This document shows, one piece after another, positions 27,801-42,800 of a stretch of 64,000 bases of DNA. Position 1 is the stretch's first letter, and every line of letters starts with the position of its first letter. Position numbers and translations under genes: made by a program. The notes under the pieces were generated by a model, which did not search any database, was not told the DNA's origin, and saw nothing but the letters and a program-made list of their open reading frames with translations. The DNA comes from Antedon mediterranea (lineage: Eukaryota > Animalia > Echinodermata): assembly GCF_964355755.1 (NCBI RefSeq), contig NC_092671.1:34172304-34236303 (forward strand), in the 5' to 3' direction.

Positions 27801-30800
27801 TTATGTCCTTGTGTTTCTTCATTTGTTCGTTGACTATCGTTCGTCCTTCTTTCCTTTTACATCTGTCTAGCTTTTGCTAACACTTCTTCTTTTTGTTTGT
27901 ATTTTTCAAATTTGAGGATTATTGGTCTTGGTTTTGATTTCGTTTTCAGTCGATGGGCTCTTTCAATTAACAATTCAGTGCGTATTCCGCATTTATCTTT
28001 TACGTATGATCTAATTTGTTTCTCACTTTCGTCCCAATTCTCGTTCCCCTTTTCGTTGAGACCATAAAATATCAGATTATTCCTTCTACTTTGTCCTTCA
28101 ATATTATCAATCTTTGTCATAAGGCGTGTGTTTGTCTTTTTGAGCTCCTCATTCTCCCTTTCTAAGTCTACCATCCTATGCTCAATTTGCTCGACTGTTA
28201 TGTTTATGTTATCTATCTTTTCATCTGTTCTTTTAACACTATCGTCTACTTCCTTTATATTGGCGTTTACTTCATCAATACGTGTGTTCAAGTCATTGAA
28301 ATTTGCACTAAATTCTGCAAAACTGTGATCTATTTTTTGATTTAATGCAGTTAATTGTTGAACTGCTGCCTGCCGGCCATACATTATTACGTGATCGTAG
28401 ATGATAATTTGTATGCTTGGTTCAGTTGCTTGATTAGACGTTCCTTGGGGTTTCTTCTTTGATGTTTCGATATAAGAAGTAATCTTCCAATGCTAACATT
28501 GACTGCCATTTTGTAGTTATATCGACAAGCCAAGGAATCATTTTAGATTAGATAGCGTGAGATTGTTAGAAGGGACCAAGAGGTTTTGGATGTTTACAAC
28601 ATTTTATGTTCTCTTCAAGCTACTAAATGTGTTTAGTTTCATTTTTTAGCTATTAGCTATTCAAATGATAATAATATGTATAAATCCATTGTTTAATACC
28701 TACCACAAATAATTGCCGATTATTGTATACATCAAGTTCATGTTTATTAGGTCAAAGGTCAATAACTTTACTTCCGGTCATTTTCTAACAAAATGTTGCA
28801 TTACAATAAATATAAATATGTATGGTCTCTGCAATTTGAGACCATTTTTAAATTTCAATGACCAGCCGTTTTTTAGATACAATGCAAGTCAAGGTCAAAG
28901 GTCAATAGTGCAGAAAAATAGCATTTCCTATTACATTTCGTCAAAATGTTCCATTACAGTGAATATAAATATATACGCTCCGAGTATTTTGATACCAATA
29001 TCTTGTTGATAGACCAAAGGGATACGGAGATAGGGCCAATTGGGCGCCATTTTGATCTTGGGGCTGTTACCATGGTTACGGGATCTTGAAAATTGGTTAC
29101 CTAGCGTTTTTGGTATCCTACCACCATATTAAAGAAGTGAAATCTCACTTTGGGCATTAAAATCCTACGGAAATACACGAAGACCCTGACTATAAAATGC
29201 ATACATTATATACGTTTTTAATGGCGGCCATCTTAGAATTCAATATGGCTGCCATATGCTATTAATAGGGAGGTTTCGCAACCTTACGAATACGATAACG
29301 AAAACGGATACGTCATACATTTGTGAAACTTTTGAGCTGATCCCCATTTCATATTCGTAAAGCGTATTCGTGTTGACGAATATCGCCAGTCATAAAACGA
29401 GTATAGTTTTTGATCTATTTTGCACATTTTGCATTTGAATCAAGAATGATTCATGATTATAATATAATTATAGATTTATTGAAAGTAATTTACTAAAATG
29501 CCAAGTCAATTTTGATAAATAGCAGTTTTTAAAGTCCTCACTCGCGTTGATGTTACGCTAGGCCTAGGCAGCCAAGCACCAAGCAACACGTACCTGCGCT
29601 TCGCTCAGATTTACCGCAGTCATCATTTGGACGCGCCTCAATATTTCGTTGCCATGCGAAACAGATTTTTTTTATGGCTTACGAAAACGAATACGTGTGT
29701 GTGATGTATCCGTTTTCGTTATCGTATTCGTAAGATTGCGAAACCTCTCTATTATAAATTGTACCATTGGACTGATTTATCATAATATTGTAAGATTTAT
29801 CACACAAATTACGTTCTCGTACGTGGTTTAAAATAGGAGCTACTATCAGTTTTGAGTAAACAATGGGGGCCAGGTTGCAATGAATTCTGCTGGTCCCAAG
29901 GATTCCAAAACTGCCAAGAACTCAACTTGAGCATTAAAATCTCACGGAACTGATTTTTGGAACATTAGGTTCCCCACTATATGTTAAAGGATACGTTTGT
30001 ATTAAAGATATTCCAAGGAATATGTTAGGCTTTAGTAAATGTATAAAGTGATGAAGCATTAGCGTGTTTTATATTGAATTTTCACTTAATTACTATTGCT
30101 ATAGCATTTTTGTTTTATTACGATATTATTGATTATTGATTAATTATGAAGACAATTATGGATTAAGAGATCAAGAGTTACCTGTTTTGATAGTATTGTA
30201 TTGTTTTAATCGATCGATGTATGTTAGTTATATTATAATACATGTATGTATTTTCTCGTTTAGTTTAAGATTAAACTTCAATTGGAATAAATTCCGGAAT
30301 GATATAAATTTATTTGAAATCCGAGTTTTCATTATTTTTTACCGAACAAGAAGGGTTACACTAATACACACAGCAAAATTTGAAATTCTAAGCAAGAAAA
30401 AAAAATCTTGTTTTAAGAAAAAATTCTTAAAATAAGTATTTTTTTTTCTTGTCAAGATTTAAAATTACTTAAAACAAGAAATAATTTTCTAGAAAAGACA
30501 CATTTTCTTAAATTAAGTTTTGCAATATTCTTGAAAATGCTTATTACAAGAAATATTTTACTTAAAATAAGAAGTCAATATCATTCTCTTCTTATTAAGA
30601 ATAGTTTTGCTTAAAACAAGATTTGAAAATACTTAATTTGAAAAGTATTTTACTTAAAATAAGAAATCTATATTATATTTATCCCTATCAAGAATAATTT
30701 TTCTTAAATCAAGATTGATGAATTATAAAAATTACTTAAAACAATCAATATTTTTCTAGGTAAGACAAAGTTTCTTAAATTAGGTTTCGCAATAGTCTTG

Positions 30801-33800
30801 AAAATACTTGTTTTGAGAAATATTTTACTTAAAATAAGAAGTCAATTTCACACTACCCTTATCAAGATTATTTTTACTTGAATCAAGATTCGCAATATTC
30901 TTGAAAATGCTTATTACAAGAAATATTTTACTTAAAATAAGAAGTCAATATCATTCTCTTCTTATTAAGAATAGTTTTGCTTAAAACAAGATTTGAAAAT
31001 ACTTAATTTGAAAAGTATTTTACTTAAAATAAGAAATCAATATTATATTTATCCCTATCAAGAATAATTTTTCTTAAATCAAGATTGATGAATTCTAAAA
31101 ATTACTTAAAACAATAAATATTTTTCTAGGTAAGACAAAGTTTCTTAAATTAGGTTTCGCAATATTCTTAAAAATACTTATTTTGAGAAATGTTTTACTT
31201 AAAATAAGAAGTCAATATCATACTATCTTATCAAGACTATTTTTGCTTAAATTGAGATTCGCAATATTTTTTAAAATACTTATTTTGAGAAATGTTTTAC
31301 TTAAAATAAGAAGTCAATATCATACTATCTTATCAAGACTATTTTTACTTGAATCAAGATTCGCAATATTCTTAAAAATACTTATTTCGAGAAATGTTTT
31401 ACTTAAAATAAGAAGTCAATATCATACTATCTTATCAAGACTATTTTTGCTTAAATTGAGATTCGCAATATTTAAAAAAATACTTATTTTGAAAAATGTT
31501 TTACTTAAAATAAGAAGTCAATATCATACTATCCTATCAAGACTATTTTTGCTTGAATTCAGATTCGCAATATTCTGATTTTGAGAAATGTTTTACTTAA
31601 AATAAGAAGTCAATATCATACTATCTTATCAAGACTATTTTTACTTGAATCAAGATTCGCAATATTCTTTAAAATACTTATTTTGAGAAATGTTTTACTT
31701 AAAATAAGAAGTCAATATCATACTATCTTATCAAGACTATTTTTGCTTAAATTGAGATTCGCAATATTTTTAAAAATACTTATTTTGAGAAATGTTTTAC
31801 TTAAGATAAGAAGTCAATATCATACTATATCCTATCAAGACTATTTTTGCTTGAATTGAAGTCAATTCTATTTTAATATTCTTAAAAATACTTATTTTGA
31901 GAAATGTTTTACTTAAAATAGATTGTCAATATCCTTATATTCACACAACGGTAGAGCAGTTAGCACTTCAGTTTCAACTGATGAAAGAATCTGGGTAATC
32001 AAACTGTTTGTGCTTTGAATAATCGATTGCACTGCAACCTAAAGAAAATAATATTGATTTAATATTTTTTATATTCAAGTTTTAATATGTTTAAAAACTA
32101 AGTTGTGCTTTAGTTGGGGAGCTATGCAGCCTAACAAAAAAAATGTTATTTGTAACAATGAAATTGGTCACAAAAAAATGCAACATAAACTTAGAGTGTA
32201 TAATGCCTAGGCCTAGTACCCAAGTCCTATAGTTACTATAGCTAATAGTCCTGTATAATAACAGTACCAGCAAGGCCTAGGAAATAGACGTATTTCTCTA
32301 ATAAAAAATAGTTTAAAATGCATAATTGTTGTAATTTTAAAGCAAAATGGCTTACCTGTGGAATCTTGTTTCTCTCCTTTAATTTTAGTAGAAAGAAATC
32401 AGCATTTTTTATACTATTATCTGCTTGTTCATCCTCTAGTTAGTAGGCCTTCTTGCTGAGCATCAACAAGATAATTAATATTAAACAATCATTAACAGTA
32501 TAACAATACTAGAATTATCACTACTACTATCGTCAGTTGATAAATCATCCCCGTTATAATAGTTTTTTTCTTCATTAACTTCGTCAGTCTCCTAGTCTAG
32601 GCCCAGTTCTACTTCATCCTCAATTGGCATCCTCGTTTTCTCCAGGCATACTTATATACTGATGTTTCCATCGTCAACTGCAGGAGGTTGCCGATTGTTA
32701 TACTCGTCCTTAAAATGGCGTCTTATGACATGCTTGTAAAACGAATTGTAAATTCCAAAGCTTGCCGGGCAGCGAACCACCAATTCCACATGTTACTCGA
32801 AAATTCGGAGTATTTCCATGAATTGAATTATAATGCCTTAGCAAATAGGGTAGCAAATACTGTACCTACTTCAGTTTACTGGCACCAACTTATCGCTTTT
32901 TTTCGGACTGCAACAAACATGTGTCATTATTATTGTCTGTCGTATTACTGTTGGTCCAGACGTTTTAAAGATTTGCTTTAACCACCATGGAGGTTTATAC
33001 CTCCATCCATGCTTTAACGTTGAGCAGTATAATGACCTTATACATTCTGGGTAAAAGGCCAGCGATAAATTTTTGGTTATAGTTGAAAAACAACACTGTG
33101 TGTGGTCGATGACCTAGCTCCCGGCGGGCGGGATCATGGCCAACGGTTTTTTAAAGCAATCATTCAAAATCTAGAGTTTGTAAGTAAAAGACACCTTTCA
33201 TCGCAATTTATATATTAAATGCTTCAATAGGCCTAGTAAGATTAGTCTAATATAATGTCGAAGGAAGACGCTTTGTTGAAGATCCGAGAAATAGATGAAG
33301 AAGTGGCCAACATTTTAACAGGTTCGTAGGCCTAATAATTATATTTTAATCTGCCAGCAGTCTAGGCCTAGCCTAGGCTCCTTCCTAGTTAGTAATACTG
33401 TAGGCCTGGAACAAGTAGGTCTAGGCTAGCCTACTATGCCTGTACTGACGGACAGGTGTATAGGTTTAGCTTAGCATTTTAGTTCAGACATTGACAGAGG
33501 GGACAAATATTGTCGGACCTATTTCAGCTAGGTATAAGGAAGGCCTAATAATAGATAATACAATTATAATGTAACAGTTATTTTGTAATGTAGCCATGAA
33601 ATATCTACGAAGGATTATATTATATACACATATTCCAATGAGAATATAATGACATTTAAAAACATTTCTTTATATTTAATTAATTGTACACACTAAGTAA
33701 TCCCCTAAGTGATCACATCGATATTGAAACTTAATGTTTTTAACTCTAAATTTAAAAAAAACATACTAAAAAAACAAACAAAAAACATACGTACTGCATA

Positions 33801-36800
33801 ACTAAAATTGTTATATTAAATTTCTTTTTAAAAAAATGTGTTATTTACAATATCTTAAATTATTTGTTAGGTAATTGAAGAAGTTCGAAGGATACTAATT
33901 ATTACTAGGCAAAGAGGAATGAAATACAAAAGAAAGCTTTTTAAAAAAGTGCTTAGCAAATTTTTCCCAAAGAAGAGAATAATATAGTTTATTTTGGTAT
34001 TTTAAAGAGAAACACCAGTCCTCCATCTGGTAAGTACAGTGTATGTTTTTGTACTTTTATCTATTCATAAATAGTTTTATAATGGACCAATGGTAGTGAG
34101 GAAAATACGTGTACATATTGTGTACGTATTTTTAACAGCTTGGTTCGACTCAAGCTAGTGTCATGCACTCCTCCCTTTGACAACTAAAATTAAATAAATG
34201 ACTTATGAATATTAATTGTTGACATATTAATGCTCTCCTGGCCAGCCCACCCTTTCCCCTTCCTTTTACATTGACCACCTACAAAACTGTAGACTACATT
34301 ATTAAAAATTTGAGCTACAGTATATCAAGTTAATGTCCATGCATTATTCCACTCATTTAAATAAATTTATATAATATAATGTTTTCAATTTGTTATTTTT
34401 GGTTAGGTTCAAAGATAACCCATATGTTGTCAAATCTGTCAAACATATTTGTTGGGAAAAACTCATCAAAAAAAGTCTGCCGACCTTGAAGGTATTTAGT
34501 GTTTTTAAAAATTTAAAATACAAGTAACATTATGTACATTAAAAAAAAATATCTTAAAGTGTTTTTTTTAAATCAAATTTATCTTAGCTTAAAATTCGAG
34601 GTATATACTATGTTTACAATAATTTATTAAAATCAAACAATTAAACAAAATTTACATTTAATTGTATGATTGTTATTATAAACATTGATACGGAATAAAA
34701 ACATCAATCAGGATTGAGCACCGTTTTGCGTATTGTCTTCCTAAATAGTAATATTAAAACTAAATTTAGACCCTAATAATTTAACTAAAAATAATAGATA
34801 CAGCCAGGCCTGTCTTTGGGATCGGTATAAACAGGGCAAAGTTTGTGATTAAAAAGTTCAAATGCATATTCCACCCACCCTTATGTCTTATAATGTAAAA
34901 TTATTCTTACCACCGTTCTAATATTGCGTCATGATTTTGTGTTTACCGACCCAGATATAGGACTCTAAAACCACACCGTACCCAATTAGTTGATGATGTT
35001 ACACATTTAATAATTAAATACAGTAATAACTAAAACTATATTAATCTCTTTTCATTTTTAGGAACATGAATAAAGATCCAGAATCCTGGTCTTCACGCCG
35101 ATCAGGTAATATGCCGGTATTGCTCTTGGACACAGAAATGGCCTACATTAAAGTTTAGCAAACAATTCTAACTACAAAGAAAGCAAAATTAGATGAGGCT
35201 CTAGTTACTCTCCTCTCCACTTTTTACCTTCTGGATTTCGATTATCCAAAATGAAAAGAAGTAGGCCTCACTATCCTTTAACAGTTAGTGATTTGTGATG
35301 AAAACACACCTGTACACTTGACAAAGGCTGTTGAATCATCATTAGTATACATTAATAAATTTAAAGACACCTAATAGTTTAAAGCCCAGGTGCGGGAGAA
35401 GAATTTTACGAAATTTGTATTTTACCATTTTAATGTTTTTAAGTTTTCTTTTGATGGCATTTTATTATTAATAAAAACAAGTTTGTTTTAAAGAAGTTGT
35501 ATATATTATTGTACCTAATGTCATGTAAATTCTAAAAAATACAAACCGGAATATTCTTACTTATTTTAAGAAAAATATTGCTTGAAACAAGAATTCTACA
35601 AATAAAAATCGGAATATTCTTACTTATTTTAAGAAATATATTGCTTGAAACAAGAATTCAAAAAATACAAATCGGAATATTCTTACTTATTTTAAGAAAA
35701 ATATTGCTTGAAACAAGAATTCAAAAAATACAAATCGGAATATTCTTACTTATTTTAAGAAAAATATTGCTTGAAACAAGAATTCAAAAAATACAAATCG
35801 GAATATTCTTACTTATTTTAAGAAATATATTGCTTGAAACAAGAATATTAAAATTAAAAATCGGAATATTCTTACTTATTTTAAGAAAAATATTGCTTAA
35901 AACAAGAATTCTAAAAAATACAAATCGGAATATTCTTAGTTATTTTAAGAAAAATATTGCTTGAAACAAAAATTCTACAAATAAAAATCGGAATATTCTT
36001 ACTTATTTTAAGAAATATTTTGCTTGAAACAAGAATTCAAAAAATACAAATCGGAATATTCTTACTTATTTTAAGAAAAAAATTGCTTGAAACAAGAATT
36101 CAAAAAATACAAATCGGAATATTCTTACTTATTTTAAGAAAAATATTGCTTGAAACAAGAATTCAAAAAATACAAATCGGAATATTCTTACTTATTTTAA
36201 GAAATATATTGCTTGAAACAAGAATATTAAAATTAAAAATCGGAATATTCTTACTTATTTTAAGAAAAATATTGCTTAAAACAAGAATTCTAAAAAATAC
36301 AAATCGGAATATTCTTACTTATTTTAAGAAAAATATTGCTTGAAACAAGAATTCTACAAATAAAAATCGGAATATTCTTACTTATTTTAAGAAATATATT
36401 GCTTGAAACAAGAATTCAAAAAATACAAATCGGAATATTCTTACTTATTTTAAGAAAAATATTGCTTGAAACAAGAATTCTATTTTAAAAAATCGATAAA
36501 TTGTTACTTATTTTAAGGCAGATACTGCTTAAAACAAGACTGAAAAAAGCAATTAAATTCTTGGTAAGAATATTGTTCTTAAAGTATTATTTCTTGGTAA
36601 GAATAATTTTCTTGATAAGAATTTGTGTGATTCTTGTTAAGAATTTTACGATTCTTGGTAAGCCAAAAAGTATTGAAATACGGACAAGTCAAAATTTACT
36701 TGTTTCAAGAAATATTTTGCTTGAAACAAGTTTTTTTTTTCTTAAAACAAGAATCAGAATTTTGCTGTGCATAATCTGAGGCTGTATAGGTAATGTTTCA

Positions 36801-39800
36801 AGGTAATGTTAACCCACAGCAATAATATAAAGATGATATTTCTCATTAATTAAGGTGTTCGTGGTATTGCCGTTGATGTAATTGGAAATAAACTTTATTG
36901 GACGGATGAGGTAGAAGACCGAATCGAATTAATAAATCTGAATGGAACAGGCAGAACAGTTCTTTTTGATACATCATTAGGCGGTCCACGTGGGATTGCG
37001 ATAGATACTGTTAACGGGTATGCAGCTTATCTGAAGAAATCGGGTTTAAATCTTGCTTAGGTGGGTTTACTTATGCAAATCAATCTATCCTTGCTCTATG
37101 CAGGGCTTTATCACGGTACCTTTTTAACAAAATACATTTTTTTAAATGACGTAGATCAAAATTCAACATTGATTTGTTTAATTTTATTAATTTCCATTGG
37201 TTTTCTTATTAATAATGAAATTGAATATTTTCATTTTTTCCGGTTGTAATAGTTGTTGTATTATATATTTCTACACATGGACGTTATAAATACGAGAAAT
37301 CATTATGCTTTATTTTATAGATACCTGTACTGGACTGATTATGGTTTGCAAAAGATAGAGCGCGCGAAGCTGAATGACTTGAGTACCAGAGAAGAACTTG
37401 TGACAACGGCACTTTATCTACCAAACGGGCTTGCGTTATCAGTTAACGGTTCAGATACAACTTATATTATATTTTTTAGTTATTAGAATATGTCAGGGGT
37501 TCTCAACAGTTCTTACCGTGGGCCATATTGCAATTTACAAATGTCGCCGCGGGCCAGATATTATTGGCTGGAACAGCCATGTAACAAGGGCATTGGGTCA
37601 TGGAGTAGGCCTACAAAGATAAAAGAAACGGGAAATGGCACTTAGTTTTTCAAATTCAAATATTCTTTATTCATCCTCAATCATGAAAATATACAACAAC
37701 AATATATGAGAACATAAAAAAGATGAAAAGGAAACACATAAAAACTCAAAAGAGCTTGATTAGTTGTGTCCCCCTACGTCCCTAACTAGCCTAAAAAACT
37801 AAAACATAAATAATAAAAAAGCTAAATCCTGCAACAAGTATTATTTTTAAAATTATTTGTAAAATGATAATAAATGTTCTTTAAACAATGATTTAAATAT
37901 ATATATTGATTTGGTACTTTGTAGTTCGTAATTCAAGTCATTCCACAATTTGGGTCCCACACATGACACAGTAAAACTAGTAGAAGTACGATTACGTTTT
38001 CTGAGTCTCATTTTGTCTTTAGATCTTGTATTATAATTATGGTAAGAACCATTTTTAATAAAGAGCGATGAAAAACGCACCTCCTGATTAGTAGTAACAT
38101 TATACATGAAAAGCCCAATTTGGTACTTATTGATATCCGCAATTTTAAGAAGTTTAAATTTATAGAAACATTCAGTCATTGAATCATTAAACTTTGACCA
38201 TGTTATAGCTCGTAATGCCCTTTTCTGGAGTTTAAATAACTCATCTAGATAACTTGGAAATGTGCTACACCATATTATGTTTCAATAATTTAATACTGGT
38301 TCAATGAGTGATTTGTATATTGTCCAGAGAGCATAGGTTGGTAAAAAATGTCTTTATTCAGAACAAAATACACAAGTTCTGTCAATTGTTGCATCCACAT
38401 GAGTACTGTATTTATTTGACATAGGCTTGCTAATGCGTGACGATAATCTAACGTGACGGTTACAATGTTCCTATATAATTACTTCTTTCTAGGAATTCTC
38501 CGCCACGCCCAAGTTCACATATCACGATTAACTGAAAGTTTAACAAAACATCTATAAAGTAAAGACTCAATAGTTACTACAATAGTTTCATTAAGATGAT
38601 ATGCCTGCCTCCTAATCTTATGTGTATATAAGTATACGCTTACCAAAAGTAGGCCTAAGCAACCAAAGTAATACACTAGCATCCCACTGATGTGTCCATT
38701 AACCACCATTGTCTTGTACTAACTGACTGACCTTGGCCACAGAACACAGTGAGCTAATTTGCATAATAATGCCACCTGTGAGCACTACTAACTAGCCAAT
38801 CAGCAAAGAGTCACTCAAGTGGAACAATGAGCTAACTTGGCTTCATAGAGCCACACAATAAATAAAGTACAGTAAATTAATAGTAAAACTTCTTAATTTG
38901 GCCTTTACAGTCTTACTTTATATAGTATGCCTAAATATCGAGATATTTTCCTAGCTGTAACATTGATGTGGTTCTTATATGTGAGAAATTCATCAATATG
39001 TACTCCAAGGAATTTAGTCGATTTAACTCTATCTATTCTTTTATTGTTGACATAAATATTTACATTCTCTAAATTACTTGGATTTCGCTGATTGCGGAAA
39101 ATTATGTAATTAGTTTTTTAACGTTGATTGATAGTTTATTGCACATGAACCAATCCGAAACATTTTTTAGTTCACAATTAACTAGTTCTATGAGCGTATC
39201 CAAGTTTTCGTGAGATGCAGATATGTTTGTGTCGTCAGCAAATAAAACAAAAGATAACGAGTTTGAGCAATTAAATACATCGTTAATGTACAAAATAAAA
39301 AGTAGAGGCCCCAGAATTGAACCCTGTGGTACACCGCAATTTATATCCAAACACGAACTTGTGTTATCAATAGACGTAAATTGTTTCCTTCCACTAATAT
39401 AGTTTCTAAACCATTTAAGGGCCGTGCCTCTTATGCCATAGTGTTCCAATTTTTTAAGAAGTATATCATGGTTGATGGTGTCAAACGCTTTTGACAAATC
39501 AATAAATATTCCGATGGTATTTTTTTTCTTATCAAGCGCATCGGTTATTCGTTCAACCAGATCTATAACGGCCATAAAAGTAGAACTGTTTTTTCCGAAA
39601 CCATATTGTGCATTATTAAGGATGTTAAACTTTGTGATATAATTATTTACTCTAATTTGAACAATTTTTTCAAGAATTTTTGAAGCGGTAGGCAGAATAG
39701 AGATCGGCCTATAATTACTGACGTCACTTTTATTGCCAGATTTAAAAATTGGAACTACTCTAGCTACTTTCATACTATCAGGGACCATGCCTGTCTCAAG

Positions 39801-42800
39801 AGAGAGGTTAAAGATATGTACAAGAGGAGCTGCCACAGCAGCAATAATATGTTTTAGAATGCGATTACTTAAGTTATCAACACCTTCTGAATTTGAATTT
39901 TTGATTTCACTAACTATTTCAATGACCTCTTCTTCATTCGTAGGATTGAAAAATATGGATTGGGATTGACTCTCTTTCATATATTGTTTAAAGTCAGAAT
40001 TGTTTACATTTGGTATTTTGTTTGCTAATTCATTTCCAATGTTGGAGAAGAAGTCATTAAAAGCATCAGACATACCTTTTGGATCACATACCAAAGTTTT
40101 ATTACTATGGTTAATTACTTCATTTGGCTTAACACTCGATTTTTAGAACTTCATTTAAAACTTTCCATGTTTGCTTTGAATCGTGTCGAGCTGCATCCAG
40201 TTTTTTGGAATAATATTGTTTTTTCCAGGACCGACCAGTCCCATTTGAGCTAGACGGTTGATGTGCCGGTTCCGGTTGCTGCTAATATTGAAAGCCCTGC
40301 TTACGGGAACTCATGCCGCTATAAGGAGTAAACTTTTTAGCAGTATCTCTGCATGCTATATGAAATGCACCCACGAGCCGCATTTGGTCCGTGAGCCGCC
40401 TGTTGAGAACCCCTGGCCGCCTCTTTTTTTTCTCTTTTGTGAGGTTCACTCACCTTTATTTCATTTCAAAACGTAATCATTTTGATAAATAAACAATTTT
40501 ATTATGTTTGTGTATTATCTTTTTTAAATATATAAATATTTTCATTTATAATATTAAGTTTCCCCTTAAATCTGAAAAAAACTATACTAGAGTATAGCAT
40601 TTTCAGTGCTTTCTGCTTACTCTTCTTTTTAGTGTTTTCCCTCTTTTTTTCTTTTCTGTTTTATTTGCATTATTTACATTTTTGTACAAATTAGTTTATT
40701 TACAGTAACCTTAAAAAAAAATTAAAAATACATTCATGGAATGCTCTTGTGTAAGTATATTTTTAAACATGATCCATAAGTTTTTACACATTGACCTATT
40801 TAATTCTGACAATATTTTTATTTTGTATATAGAATATAGAACAATTGAGTTGCATTCACACTCAAAAACAAGTTCTTCAAAAGAACCGATACTATTATCT
40901 AACTTTTTATATATTTCATTGATTTTTTCCATAAATAGACATTGATTTTACATTTGAAAAACATGTGTTTTTCAACCTCAGTTACATCACATAACATTTT
41001 TTTGGGTTTTTAATATTCCGTTTATAAAATTACCTCCGCCAAGGAGGTTATATTTTCACCCCTGTGTGTTTGCTGGGTGTGTGTGTGTCTGTGAACAGCC
41101 TGGAGGCCACAGTTTTTAGGCGATTCTAACCAAATTTGGTCACAATGATCTAAGCCCAAAAATCTCGGAGGGGTTTGAATTTGAGGGGAAAATGTCATAG
41201 GTCAAGGTCACAACTAACAAAAAACTATTTTACTGCCTAGAGACCACAGTTTTAATCCGATTCTCACCAAACTTAGCCACAATAATCAATGACTCATCAT
41301 ATAATTGTGGTTAAATTTTGAAAGGTCAGGGTCAAAGATCAAGGTTCAAAAAAAAAAAAATAAAAAAAAAAAAAAAAAAAAAAAAAACATCAGCGGGACT
41401 TGAACCAGCGATCTCAACTGTGAAAGGCTGGATACTTAACAATTACACCAAACGCTCATCCACAACTTTGTAGTGTGCAGTTAGCCTATAATATATATTT
41501 TCCGGGAGAATTTTATGTAAGGGAATTTTACAATAGGCGGAGGTTTGTACTCTCGGAGTACCCTCGAGTTGTAAATGTGTTGGTAAAATTTTGACAAGCA
41601 ATTTGTAGTTAAGTTGTGCATATTTTTTGTATTTCTCATTTTTTACTTTCTTGACCAAATATCAAACATGTTTGTAATTTCAATACCAATTTCTTTTTCC
41701 CATTTGGGAATGGTAATAGGAGCAACAAACATACCTTCTATAAAATCCACATGGCACTAATTTTGTTCTTATTTAAGCTTAAACCAGATACTTCACAGAA
41801 ATTATTAACAATGAATAGACCTCTTTTTATACTTTTTTCGTTTCCTGCAAACAATACTGTATCATCTGCAAGTTGTGCTATACGCACTTCCCGGGTGGGG
41901 GGTGGGGGGTCACTCTTAAATATTTCCATACGGGGAGGTGCCGCATTTACGGGTATATTTTCGAGGGCCTGGTAGCACAAGTGTGGGAAAATATGGAGAG
42001 TTGGTAGCACAAGTGTGTGAAATTACAGGGTGAAATTAGTAGTTTAAGTCTCTGGCCCACCCACCCATGTCAAAATTTCACGATTTATCGCTAAATTTTG
42101 CAGGTATTTTAGCATACTGGATGCTATAAGCCCGGCTATATAAGCCCATCGCTAAATACCTTTGAATAGGCCTTGAGTTTTCACGAAACCTAAGACCACG
42201 AAAGGTAAGACCCCATAAGACCTAAGATCACGAAAGCTAAGACCCAAGACCTAAGATTACAAATTCTAAGATATACTACAGCTTAAAAACAATACTTGTT
42301 TATCCATACATAATTTTAAACACAGTAGGTTTCATTTATTACCATAAATATAATTAAATACTACCGCAAAACATAGATAAACTCACATTATTTTCGCCCG
42401 TTGAGTAAATGTATATTTTTTCTTTACAACAAACAAACTTGACGGGTTGTTTGTTGGTATATATTTACTCCATTGTGTTGGTTCAGAGGATGTTTTTCTT
42501 ACGCACCTGCCTTACTTGTATTTTGACTCCAAATTTGTTTACTAACTTTATCCTGAATACCACACTTTAAAGTTAGGATTTCTAAATACTTTCAGACGGA
42601 GAAACACATAAAAACAAATAAATAAATCCTTTAAATTGATGATTTTACAGACATGTTTCTTTGTATACTGTAACTCCTCGAGCTTCCCCCATGCTCAATG
42701 TTTTTGTTTCTATGGAGCGCCAAAAGAGCAACAATAATAGTACAAGTATAAAAACAGTAAGAAAACAAAACAAATCATGATTTTTAAATTAAAATTTATT

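Larger units (their letters stand above)
24080..28650 (-). mobile_element. Near full-length APE-RT non-LTR retrotransposon (RTEX-like), inactivated
   Basis: ORF1 and ORF2 in order on the minus strand; AATAAA near 24085. Confidence 0.9.
22997..29979. mobile_element. Foldback DNA transposon with ~0.87-kb inverted arms (Academ-like), hosting a LINE and a MITE
   Basis: Termini TAGTGGGGAACC...GGTTCCCCACTA; 3-bp TSD TAT (22994-22996 / 29980-29982); empty site ctagTATgttaaagg in arm A (~9105). Superfamily inferred from termini and TSD only. Confidence 0.8.
30369..36769. mobile_element. CMC/EnSpm-type DNA transposon, internally deleted and degenerate
   Basis: Termini CACAGCAAAATT...AATTTTGCTGTG; 2-bp TSD CA; empty site ctaataCAtaatc in arm A (~8720); subterminal arrays; relic coding exons. 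Confidence 0.85.

Noticed and set aside
31183-36343. Leucine-rich repetitive ORFs (31183-31859, 35578-36343) resembling LRR proteins
   Set aside because: Translations of the 102-bp and 63-bp subterminal arrays of a DNA transposon.
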